Source of the DNA: a virus
Taxonomy: Duplodnaviria > Caudoviricetes
DNA: 64,000 bases
Virus record (IMG/VR): IMGVR_UViG_3300042358_000005
Location: 32,001-96,000 of that record
Direction: 5' to 3' (one strand)
Part shown: one piece after another, positions 42,061 to 50,013 of the stretch
How positions within the stretch are numbered: the stretch's first letter is position 1
How the letters are laid out: every line of letters starts with the position of its first letter
Made by a program: the position numbers and the translations under genes
Notes under the pieces: generated by a model
What the model saw: the letters and a program-made list of their open reading frames with translations, nothing else
Database searches by the model: none
What the model was told of the DNA's origin: nothing

Positions 42061-42491
42061 TGGGATGGAGTAAAAAAGTGCATGTAGAATCTTCTATGCA
42101 ACCAAAAGATTCACAATATGCAATGTTTGTAGGAAGATGGCAACCTTTACATGAAGGTCATGTAAAACTTTTTCAACAAGCAGTATTAGAGGGTAAAAAT
42201 CTTTTAATATGTGTAAGAGATGGAGAGGTTAATGATAAAAACCCTTATACGTCAAAACAAGTAAAAAAAGCAATAAAGGGCATGAGTAAAAATTGGTGGA
42301 CAGAGGATATTTTACCTTTAATAGATAAATTAAAACCAAAAGTAAAAGTAATAATAATACCTGATATTTGCTCGGTTGAATTTGGAAGAGGTGTTGGTTA
42401 TGATATAATAGAGCATATACCGCCTACAGAGATAGCAGAGATATCAGCTACAAAGGTTAGAGAACAAATGCGTAAAGATGGTGAGTTATGA
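42060..42491 (+). CDS. HxGH-class (cytidylyltransferase-like) nucleotidyltransferase, candidate sulfate adenylyltransferase
   Basis: GRWQPLHEGH, GRGVGY, ISATKVR; TAATG-coupled to cysC. Confidence 0.7.
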   Translation: MGWSKKVHVESSMQPKDSQYAMFVGRWQPLHEGHVKLFQQAVLEGKNLLICVRDGEVNDKNPYTSKQVKKAIKGMSKNWWTEDILPLIDKLKPKVKVIIIPDICSVEFGRGVGYDIIEHIPPTEIAEISATKVREQMRKDGEL

Positions 42492-42697
42492 ATGTAGAAA
42501 AGAAAAGACACATAGCAAAAACTGTAAGCTATAGACTAATAAGTACATTGATTGGATTTGCACTTATGTTAGTTATAACAGGATCAGTAAAGATGGGAGC
42601 TGCATTTGGTGTAGCAGAATTACTCTACAAACCTATACAATATTATATACATGAAAGAATATGGTATCGCTGGATTAAATATGGATTAATAAAATAA
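42488..42697 (+). CDS. DUF2061-like small membrane protein
   Basis: RHIAKTVSYRLIST…YYIHERIW; two hydrophobic segments. Confidence 0.75.
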   Translation: MNVEKKRHIAKTVSYRLISTLIGFALMLVITGSVKMGAAFGVAELLYKPIQYYIHERIWYRWIKYGLIK

Positions 42698-42726
42698 AAA
42701 AAACCCTCTATATGAGGGTTTTTATT
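42696..42726. terminator. Bidirectional intrinsic terminator between convergent genes
   Basis: AAAAACCCTC-TATAT-GAGGGTTTTT. Confidence 0.75.
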
Positions 42727-45700
42727 TGGTCTATCACCATTTGTGGTGTTATACTCTTCTGACATTCGAACTGTCTCTCTGTACCTTCATGCACTGGACA
42801 CCAATTATAATTTCCTTTATCAAACTTATATTGTGGATCATTCCAACATCCATGACACACACTTGTATTCACTGGTCTTAAACATTCAAACTCGTGATGC
42901 TTATCAGTGAAGTTAGAGATCATTATCACTTCTTTACCAAGGCCCCAAGCTAACCAGCTAAGCCCACTAGATAGTCCTATAAAGAACTTGCTTTCATCAA
43001 TAACACGCATAGTGTTAGTCATTGAGGTGTCAAGTAATCCTTGACAGTTGTCAAATGGATTCTTTTCTAATGATGTATTAATCACTTTATATCCTTGCTC
43101 ATGCAAGTAGTTAATCACCTCTTGCCAAGCTTCTCTTGTCCAGAACTTACATCCTGCTGTACTATTAGTTGCAATAGTTATATACATACCTTGCTCATGT
43201 GATTTTTTATATGCAAGTCTTGGTTTGATTTCTTTATAAGGAAGACCTAGAATATTTGTAGCTGTCTGCTGTAATGGTATAGTGTTAGGAAGAACAGGTT
43301 CTTTGTTCTCATTATAGAACCAACCAATTTTGTACATAGCATATATATTATTGACAGCTGTTCCTGGAGCTACAAACTCTAGCATTGGATATTCTTTTTC
43401 AAACAAGAAGTTTTTGAATGTACTAACAATCACTTCACAGTTGTGTAAACATCTAAACTCTTCTACATATGGTATCCAAGCTATTGTATCTCCTAAAGAA
43501 GAACTATCAAAAGCTATGTACACTCTTCTATTCTCTAGCTGTACGAACTTATCGTATACTTTCTCTCCATCTTTATACACAACGGTTCTCCACTTAGTAT
43601 AATACTCTCTAGCAAGTTTTATCCAGTGGTTACATTTGATTACATCGCTATGAACTAATTGCTCACCATCATAAAACTCTACACGAAAGTCACTAGTAGA
43701 TGTACCAGTTATCTCTAAGAATGGTTGTCCAACAAAGTTTTGTGTTATATTATAATCTTTTATCTCATTTTTGTGTGGAATAACAGACATTACATTTTTA
43801 TACAGGTTTGCATGAATTTTTCCGAAAACTTCAGACGTATTATCTGTAGGAACATCATATTTCATTAGTAGTCCCAGTATTGGAGAGTTTAAATCTACAC
43901 TCTCTGCTATATAATTAGTATACATATCTTTATATTGTGGAAGATTTTTAGCTATTATAGGTAGGCCATAACTTACAGCTTCTTTAAGTACAATAGGATT
44001 ACATTCCCATGTGCTGTTAAACATAAACACATCAGCAGCTAACATAAAATGATGAATATCATTTCGTTCTCCCCATATCTTTACATTAAAAGGTAGATCT
44101 TTCATAAGAGGTTCCCAGTAGTCTTTGAAGTTACCAGCTTGGTTACCTATGAAGTGAAACATCACCTTAGGATATTTACGAGCAATAGCTAATCCTTCAG
44201 CTTGATTCTTACCAGGAGTCCAAAGTCCTACATTTATAACATGTCTACCACCAAGGCTCATACCTAAAAGTTCTTTATACTGTCTCTTTAATGTCTTAGA
44301 TACTGGTTCTTTGTCTATAGGATATTCAATCACTTCTTTATATCCATCAAGACTGGCAAATGTATCTACATGATAGGGAGTACAGAATGCATATGCATCT
44401 GGTGTAAACATCTTAGTCTCTGGTACAAAAGATACATCATGACATGTTTCTACTATTCTATACTTTCTACTAGGAGAATATAGTTTAGTGATCATCTCTC
44501 TATCCATTCTCTCAGACATTTCATCTATATGGATAACATCTGGTTGCCATCCATCTATTATATCAAACAGTTTCATTTTATCTTCCCATAGTGTATGGAA
44601 GTGTGGATCTACAATATCCATGATTTGATTTCTTTGTACAACATAATCAATACCATGACATTGATATTCTACAACAAAAATCTCTATATCTGTATTAGCT
44701 TGTAATGCCTCTATTCTTTTAAGAAGAAACTGAGGCATACCACCTGTAGATAGATGAGGTGCAAGGAACATCACTCTCATAGGTTTAGACATCTTAGACA
44801 TCATTTTAGACATTGCTATAGGATCTTTCTCTCCATGTAAGAAGAATAAGTCTTGCTCACTAACTGGTAACTTAAACCATGATTCTATATACTTGCCCCA
44901 ATTGTCTTCTTCATATATCTTATCTAACTTATCAAGGCCAGCATTAGTATATATATAAGGAAGACCTTCTAAGAATCTATGTTTCCATAATAATACATTC
45001 ACTATTGTCTCTTCGTGATAAGGAGCATAATATTGAGGATTCTTTAACACCTCTGGGTGATTACACATCCAACTCCATTCATCTAAAAATGGTATACTGT
45101 TATGACCAGCTACAAAGTAACCAGTTTGTCTATACTTATCTCTAATGTTTTGATGTACACCAAACAACTGGCATGCTGGATATTCTAATGTCTTAACTAG
45201 TTCAGTGCTTCCTCTTCCATTAATAAATAGATAGTCATATATACCCTCTGTGAAATACGGAAATTCCGAATTTATAGGATGATAGTTGAATATTCTATCT
45301 ACATACTTAGTAGCTATAGAATCAGAATCTACATAACATACTCTCTTAGCAAAGTTCTCAAGAGCATGTTTAACTACAAGAGGTCTTTGTATTAATAGAT
45401 TGTATATTCTAGAATCAGTTCTATCTATATAAGTGTTCTTAGGTAAGTCTTCAATATCAGATTGCCAATATATAGTCTTTGCTCCAGGAACCTCACTGTG
45501 ACAATCTAACATGTATACTAAAACAGGAATCTTACTCATCTTGTTAAGACTTTCTACAGCAGCACATACAACACTGTAATAAGATGCATTTGCATATAAT
45601 ACGTACATTTTCTCCTCTTTTATACGTGTATGCGTATAATAGCCATAATATTGATTTCTATATATACAACTAAGTTCAGGATATCTTTCACCCATTATAG

Positions 45701-46121
45701 GATGTGTAAGGTCTGGTTGGTGATGAGTTTCATGTATATTCCCCTCATGTTCTCCTTGTTCCATTTCATATGGAATAGCCACCATACATTCTTTAGTGGA
45801 TACAATGTTTCTGATTAACTTTACAGCATCATCTGTAGGAATATGTTCTAACACATCTCCCATGATTATAAAGTCATAATCACTAGTATCAAATGTGGTG
45901 ATATCTCCTACATAAACATTATCATATTTAGCTCTAAGTCCATACTTTTCTATGTACGGTTCATAGATTTCTACAGCATCAATTCTATATCCTAATGAAC
46001 GTAATAATTCTGAATAAGTCCCTATTCCAGGGCCTACATCTAGTATTCTTTTACTAGTTGGAACGTTTTGAATGAACCATTCTTTCACTTCTTCTTTGAA
46101 GTAGGTAAAACTGTAAGGCAT
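42708..46121 (-). CDS. Multidomain enzyme: class I SAM methyltransferase + DxD glycosyltransferase-like domain + GT4 + TibC/Aah-like O-heptosyltransferase domain
   Basis: ILDVGPGIG…GDVLEH; CYVDSD; HLSTGGMPQ…KNQ…ECNPIVLKEA; SLGDTIAW…FIGLSSGLSWLAW…CHGCWND…WCP…CQKSIT. Confidence 0.85.
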   Translation of the reverse strand: MPYSFTYFKEEVKEWFIQNVPTSKRILDVGPGIGTYSELLRSLGYRIDAVEIYEPYIEKYGLRAKYDNVYVGDITTFDTSDYDFIIMGDVLEHIPTDDAVKLIRNIVSTKECMVAIPYEMEQGEHEGNIHETHHQPDLTHPIMGERYPELSCIYRNQYYGYYTHTRIKEEKMYVLYANASYYSVVCAAVESLNKMSKIPVLVYMLDCHSEVPGAKTIYWQSDIEDLPKNTYIDRTDSRIYNLLIQRPLVVKHALENFAKRVCYVDSDSIATKYVDRIFNYHPINSEFPYFTEGIYDYLFINGRGSTELVKTLEYPACQLFGVHQNIRDKYRQTGYFVAGHNSIPFLDEWSWMCNHPEVLKNPQYYAPYHEETIVNVLLWKHRFLEGLPYIYTNAGLDKLDKIYEEDNWGKYIESWFKLPVSEQDLFFLHGEKDPIAMSKMMSKMSKPMRVMFLAPHLSTGGMPQFLLKRIEALQANTDIEIFVVEYQCHGIDYVVQRNQIMDIVDPHFHTLWEDKMKLFDIIDGWQPDVIHIDEMSERMDREMITKLYSPSRKYRIVETCHDVSFVPETKMFTPDAYAFCTPYHVDTFASLDGYKEVIEYPIDKEPVSKTLKRQYKELLGMSLGGRHVINVGLWTPGKNQAEGLAIARKYPKVMFHFIGNQAGNFKDYWEPLMKDLPFNVKIWGERNDIHHFMLAADVFMFNSTWECNPIVLKEAVSYGLPIIAKNLPQYKDMYTNYIAESVDLNSPILGLLMKYDVPTDNTSEVFGKIHANLYKNVMSVIPHKNEIKDYNITQNFVGQPFLEITGTSTSDFRVEFYDGEQLVHSDVIKCNHWIKLAREYYTKWRTVVYKDGEKVYDKFVQLENRRVYIAFDSSSLGDTIAWIPYVEEFRCLHNCEVIVSTFKNFLFEKEYPMLEFVAPGTAVNNIYAMYKIGWFYNENKEPVLPNTIPLQQTATNILGLPYKEIKPRLAYKKSHEQGMYITIATNSTAGCKFWTREAWQEVINYLHEQGYKVINTSLEKNPFDNCQGLLDTSMTNTMRVIDESKFFIGLSSGLSWLAWGLGKEVIMISNFTDKHHEFECLRPVNTSVCHGCWNDPQYKFDKGNYNWCPVHEGTERQFECQKSITPQMVIDQIKTLI

Positions 46122-46140
46122 AGTGTTGATTTTAGAAATT

Positions 46141-46148
46141 CAAATGTA
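46141..46148 (-). promoter_or_regulatory. -7 box TACATTTG driving the multidomain glycosyltransferase
   Basis: caaatgta on + strand, 19 nt upstream of the - strand start at 46121. Confidence 0.6.
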
Positions 46149-46169
46149 CAAAAAATATATTTATCTTAT

Positions 46170-46232
46170 GCTATATTATGATGAAAATCTATTTCATACC
46201 CTTCGTTATTCCAAATATAAATTTTATATTTG
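46170..46232 (+). promoter_or_regulatory. Lysis-operon promoter: GCTATATTAT box plus -7 TATATTTG
   Basis: Same box and spacing as 32130-32192. Confidence 0.6.
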
Positions 46233-46319
46233 CTATATATAAAATGGTACAATCATTGCATCATTGCACTTACCATCTTAAAGTGTATAACTATGCTATA
46301 ATAACACCCACACTCCCTT

Positions 46320-46640
46320 ATGGAAAACGCATTTGAACAACAAGTAGAAAAAGAATTAAAAAGCATGGATCAACGACTATATGATCTAGAGGAGAAGATG
46401 ACTTCTATAGACACTAAACTAACACAAGTTGTAGACGCTATCTTAGGTAATGCACTAACAAAAACAGGGGGATTTATTGCTGACTTAACTGAGCTAAAGG
46501 CCAAGATAAAAGATTTAGAAGATAAGATACAGAAACAAGAAGAGTTCAAAAAGAAATTTACTTGGACCGTAGGTATCATATTAGGTATTGGTGTACTACT
46601 TCAATACCTATCTACACTTTATAGAAATATAACAACATGA
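46320..46640 (+). CDS. Coiled-coil protein with a C-terminal TM segment (lysis-associated, XhlA/holin-like)
   Basis: Heptad pattern then FTWTVGIILGIGVLLQYL; first gene of the lysis cluster. Confidence 0.55.
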   Translation: MENAFEQQVEKELKSMDQRLYDLEEKMTSIDTKLTQVVDAILGNALTKTGGFIADLTELKAKIKDLEDKIQKQEEFKKKFTWTVGIILGIGVLLQYLSTLYRNITT

Positions 46641-46840
46641 GTACAAAAGAGAAGGTTGATATTTTTTTAAACAAATGGGTAAGCAGAAAGCTTACAGTGT
46701 TTGCTGTAGGTTCTGTTGGCCTTTTCTCTGGAAAATTAACATCATCTGATTGGGTTATAATTGCAGCAACATATATTGCTATTGAAGGAGCAACAACTAT
46801 TGTAGAAAAATTAATGAAAGCTAGAGGAGGTATATCATGA
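46637..46840 (+). CDS. Putative holin
   Basis: 67 aa, two hydrophobic segments, WVSRKL motif, upstream of the lysin. Confidence 0.6.
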   Translation: MSTKEKVDIFLNKWVSRKLTVFAVGSVGLFSGKLTSSDWVIIAATYIAIEGATTIVEKLMKARGGIS

Positions 46841-47232
46841 TATTAGAACTTAAAAGAAAGATATTCACAGATGATTCCACAATAGGAGAAATATCTATTG
46901 ATGGTGTATTTATATGTTATACATTAGAGGATAAAGTGAGAGAGACTAAGATAAAGAACATAACAGCTATCCCTTATGGAAAATATGAATTAGCAGTTAC
47001 ATTCTCTAATCGTTTTAAACAGTACATGCCTCTATTACTTAATGTACCAGGATTTGAAGGTGTACGTATACACAGTGGTAATAAATCTACTGAAACAGAA
47101 GGATGTATTCTTGTAGGTGGTACTAGATCATTAAACTTTATTGGCAAGTCTAGAGTGACATATAAAGCTTTATTTGATAAGATAAAGAGTGCAAAAAAAA
47201 CAGAGAAGGTCTTTTTAAACATTACGCAATAA
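46837..47232 (+). CDS. DUF5675-family putative endolysin
   Basis: STIG…CYTLED…AIPYGKY…VPGFEGVRIHSGN…TEGCILVG. Confidence 0.8.
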   Translation: MILELKRKIFTDDSTIGEISIDGVFICYTLEDKVRETKIKNITAIPYGKYELAVTFSNRFKQYMPLLLNVPGFEGVRIHSGNKSTETEGCILVGGTRSLNFIGKSRVTYKALFDKIKSAKKTEKVFLNITQ

Positions 47233-47546
47233 TGATACAATATTTAAAAGATCAGTACTTGGCGGTGATCATCACCGTTATCTGGCTATTCTTTACACTA
47301 CATACTCAACAAAAGACTGCTCTTCTATTAGAACAAACTAAGAAATTAGAAGCTAAAATATTAGTTCTTGAAGAAAAAGATCATGAGTCTAGTATAATTA
47401 TTGATAGCTTATCTAGAGTGGATACACTCATAGTTAATAGAATCAAAATCATCAAACAAAAAGAATATGTACAAATTAGGATTATTGATAGTTTGCCTGT
47501 TAGTGGGCTTCAAAAGTACTTCACAGATCGTTACTCAGAAAAATGA
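47232..47546 (+). CDS. Putative inner-membrane spanin-like protein
   Basis: N-terminal TM then coiled coil, after the lysin. Confidence 0.5.
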   Translation: MIQYLKDQYLAVIITVIWLFFTLHTQQKTALLLEQTKKLEAKILVLEEKDHESSIIIDSLSRVDTLIVNRIKIIKQKEYVQIRIIDSLPVSGLQKYFTDRYSEK

Positions 47547-47943
47547 TTCTATCGTTACCCTTAGTGAAACTGTTTCTAGGAAGGTTGTTTCTGATCTTGT
47601 ACGTTATGATTTTGCTAAGAATATTATCAAAGAGCAAGAGATAAGAATAAAGAACTACCAGAACAAAGAGATTGAGTTTAAGAACAAACTAGATATAAAA
47701 GATTCCATCATATTCTATCAGAAGAGTATTATTGATATTCATAAAGAGATTATCAAGAGTAAAAAACCTTTAGAGATACATGGATATGTAGGTGTACAAT
47801 CAATTCAATTCAAATTGGTAGAACCTATATTATATACAAACTTAATGTTTGAGTTTCCTAAGTTCAGTATAGGAGCTCAATACTACGTACAACCTAACAA
47901 TCCTAGTGGATATGGGATTGTTCTAGAATATAACTTATTTTAA
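47467..47943 (+). CDS. Putative secreted/outer spanin-like protein overlapping the previous gene
   Basis: Signal-peptide-like start, coiled coil, beta-strand C-terminus ending YNLF. Confidence 0.45.
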   Translation: MYKLGLLIVCLLVGFKSTSQIVTQKNDSIVTLSETVSRKVVSDLVRYDFAKNIIKEQEIRIKNYQNKEIEFKNKLDIKDSIIFYQKSIIDIHKEIIKSKKPLEIHGYVGVQSIQFKLVEPILYTNLMFEFPKFSIGAQYYVQPNNPSGYGIVLEYNLF

Positions 47944-47944
47944 C

Positions 47945-48079
47945 ATGGCAAAACAAACCAACTCTTCAGAAAAAGAAGTAAAAATTAAAGTGAGCAGACC
48001 TGGTGTGCATGCTAAAGCTCAGACATCTAAACTTAAATCTTCTAAGAATTACAAGAAGCTTTATAATGGACAAGGATAA
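47945..48079 (+). CDS. Small basic protein (44 aa; not in ORF track)
   Basis: MAKQTNSSEKEVKIKVSRPGVHAKAQTSKLKSSKNYKKLYNGQG; fits the gap exactly. Confidence 0.7.
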   Translation: MAKQTNSSEKEVKIKVSRPGVHAKAQTSKLKSSKNYKKLYNGQG

Positions 48080-48080
48080 A

Positions 48081-48230
48081 ATGGATTGGGAATTAACATT
48101 CGCTCTCTATTGGCCTCACGATAGATTTGCTATAGGATGGGATATCCTACATGCTGATGAAACATATAATTACAGCACATACATATTGTATTTAGGAATA
48201 CTTACAATAACATTAGACATAAATAATTAA
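48081..48230 (+). CDS. Small hypothetical protein
   Basis: MDWELTFALYWPHDRFAIGW…; ATG 48081 directly after the previous stop. Confidence 0.6.
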   Translation: MDWELTFALYWPHDRFAIGWDILHADETYNYSTYILYLGILTITLDINN

Positions 48231-48304
48231 TCTAGTTAGACTTGCTCTAACTATTTTTGTTATTTTATTTTGGTGAAAATCAGATACTAATGGTGAAAAA
48301 AACT

Positions 48305-48312
48305 TATTTTTG
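48305..48312 (+). promoter_or_regulatory. -7 box TATTTTTG for the poly-Thr peptide/glycosyltransferase unit
   Basis: TAnnTTTG match, preceded by two TGGTGAAAA repeats. Confidence 0.5.
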
Positions 48313-48338
48313 TATATTAATTAATAAAATTTAAAATC

Positions 48339-48506
48339 ATGGCAATACCATCAAGAGGAATAGGCTGGAGTACTACAGATAACCTATTATGGCAGATATC
48401 TAAGCAATTAGAACGTCTTATTAGTGTTACAGGTGCTGGAAACACGTACACTACAACTACTACTACTACTGTAGCACCTACTACCACTACCACTACAACA
48501 GTGTAA
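48339..48506 (+). CDS. Poly-Thr-tailed micro-protein (55 aa; not in ORF track)
   Basis: MAIPSRGIGWSTTDNLLWQISKQLERLISVTGAGNTYTTTTTTTVAPTTTTTTTV. Confidence 0.8.
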   Translation: MAIPSRGIGWSTTDNLLWQISKQLERLISVTGAGNTYTTTTTTTVAPTTTTTTTV

Positions 48507-48532
48507 AGAATTAAAACAAAACCAACTACATT

Positions 48533-49549
48533 ATGAAAGATTTAAAATTTATCCAGGCTTGTCCTAGTGATATTTATTACACATGGCAAGTGCACATGTG
48601 GTTAGAGAGCTTAAGAGAGATAGGTCATTCTGACAAAGCTATATCAGTAATCTTCACTCCTAAAGGGAGAGAGAATAAAGACAAGTGGAAACAGATAGAA
48701 GATCTATATCCAGAAGCAGAGTTTCATTACTATGCTGATGAGGATAATTTAAATCGATTGTTAGGAATTTATATTCCTGTACTTAGACCATATGTTCTTT
48801 GGAAACATTTTAAAGCACATCCAGAACTAAGTGAAAAAGCTATCTTCTATTGTGACTCTGATATTCTTTTCATGAAGGATTTCAATCTAGATAAGTTCTT
48901 AGAAGATGATGTTAACTACTTATCTGATACAAACAGCTATATCAATGCTAAATATTTTGATAGCAAGGTGCACCAAGTGTTACCAGAGAAGCTAGAAGAA
49001 TATAAGAATAGGGATATCCTTGCAGAGATTGCAAGTGTGGTAGGAATAAGTAGAGAAGTGTGCGAAGCTAATAATGATCATTCAGGAGGAGCTCAATATC
49101 TATTAAAAAATGTAGATGGTGACTTCTGGAGTAAGGTGATGAATGATTGTATTCTTATAAGAAGTTATTTACAAACTGTGAATAGAGAATTCTTTAAAGA
49201 TGAGAACTCAGGGTTTCAAAGTTGGTGTGCAGATATGTGGGCTGTCTTATGGAACATCTGGTTAAGAGATCAAGAAACAAAAGTGGTGCCTGAATTAGCA
49301 TTTGCTTGGGCTACAGATCCTCTTATTAAATTAGATACACATACAATCTTTCATAATGCAGGAATAGTTTCTGAGACAGGAAATGGATACCCAGCTTTCT
49401 ACAAAGGAAAGTATCACATGGGAACTGATCCAACAAAAGATCCTAACTTAGATATGATTCTTAATGATGAGAATTCAAAAAAATATTGCACATGGTTCTA
49501 TGCAAATAAATTAAATGAACTAAAACAAAAACATAACCTAAACTATTAA
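48533..49549 (+). CDS. GT-A fold glycosyltransferase resembling GT95/GT96 protein O-glycosyltransferases
   Basis: YYTWQ, YIPVLRPYVL, FYCDSDILF (DxD), WCADMWA, IFH in the order seen in plant HPAT/SGT enzymes; assignment by eye. Confidence 0.65.
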   Translation: MKDLKFIQACPSDIYYTWQVHMWLESLREIGHSDKAISVIFTPKGRENKDKWKQIEDLYPEAEFHYYADEDNLNRLLGIYIPVLRPYVLWKHFKAHPELSEKAIFYCDSDILFMKDFNLDKFLEDDVNYLSDTNSYINAKYFDSKVHQVLPEKLEEYKNRDILAEIASVVGISREVCEANNDHSGGAQYLLKNVDGDFWSKVMNDCILIRSYLQTVNREFFKDENSGFQSWCADMWAVLWNIWLRDQETKVVPELAFAWATDPLIKLDTHTIFHNAGIVSETGNGYPAFYKGKYHMGTDPTKDPNLDMILNDENSKKYCTWFYANKLNELKQKHNLNY

Positions 49550-49565
49550 CCCTAAATTTTAAACA

Positions 49566-49772
49566 ATGGGAAGCATTAATTCAAGACCTTTAAAGGCTTT
49601 TGTTAGATTCGATGGATCTGGCAGAATAGTTGCAGGAAGTTTGATTCTAAGAAAGAACAAACCTAAAGTTGGTAAATGGAAAGAGATTCCAGCATATGAG
49701 TGCTGTAATCCTACAACCACTTCAACCACCACTGCTGTATTAACAACAACAACAACCACCTCACCTAGATAA
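49566..49772 (+). CDS. Poly-Thr-tailed micro-protein, paralogue 1
   Basis: LKAFVRFDGSGRIV…KPKVGKWKEI…ECCNPTTTSTTTAVLTTTTTTSPR. Confidence 0.8.
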   Translation: MGSINSRPLKAFVRFDGSGRIVAGSLILRKNKPKVGKWKEIPAYECCNPTTTSTTTAVLTTTTTTSPR

Positions 49773-49774
49773 TC

Positions 49775-49996
49775 ATGGCAAGAAGTAATAACAATAATAA
49801 GCTTAAAGCTTTTGTACGTTTTGATGGTTCAGGACGTGTAGTATCAAGTAGTTTAATTGTACAAGCATTTAAACCGAAGGTTGGTAATTGGAAAGAAATA
49901 GATGCTAAGGAATGTTGTAATTATGTTCCAACAACAACAACTACCACTACAGTAGCACCAACAACTACAACCACCACTACAGTTACTCCAGGGTAA
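49775..49996 (+). CDS. Poly-Thr-tailed micro-protein, paralogue 2
   Basis: LKAFVRFDGSGRVV…KPKVGNWKEI…ECCNYVPTTTTTTTVAPTTTTTTTVTPG. Confidence 0.8.
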   Translation: MARSNNNNKLKAFVRFDGSGRVVSSSLIVQAFKPKVGNWKEIDAKECCNYVPTTTTTTTVAPTTTTTTTVTPG

Positions 49997-50013
49997 TTTA
50001 AAAACTAAATAAC

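Noticed and set aside
42708-46121. Invertible segment or mis-assembly behind the lone antisense gene
   Set aside because: No flanking inverted repeats or recombinase seen; the gene has its own promoter and a shared terminator
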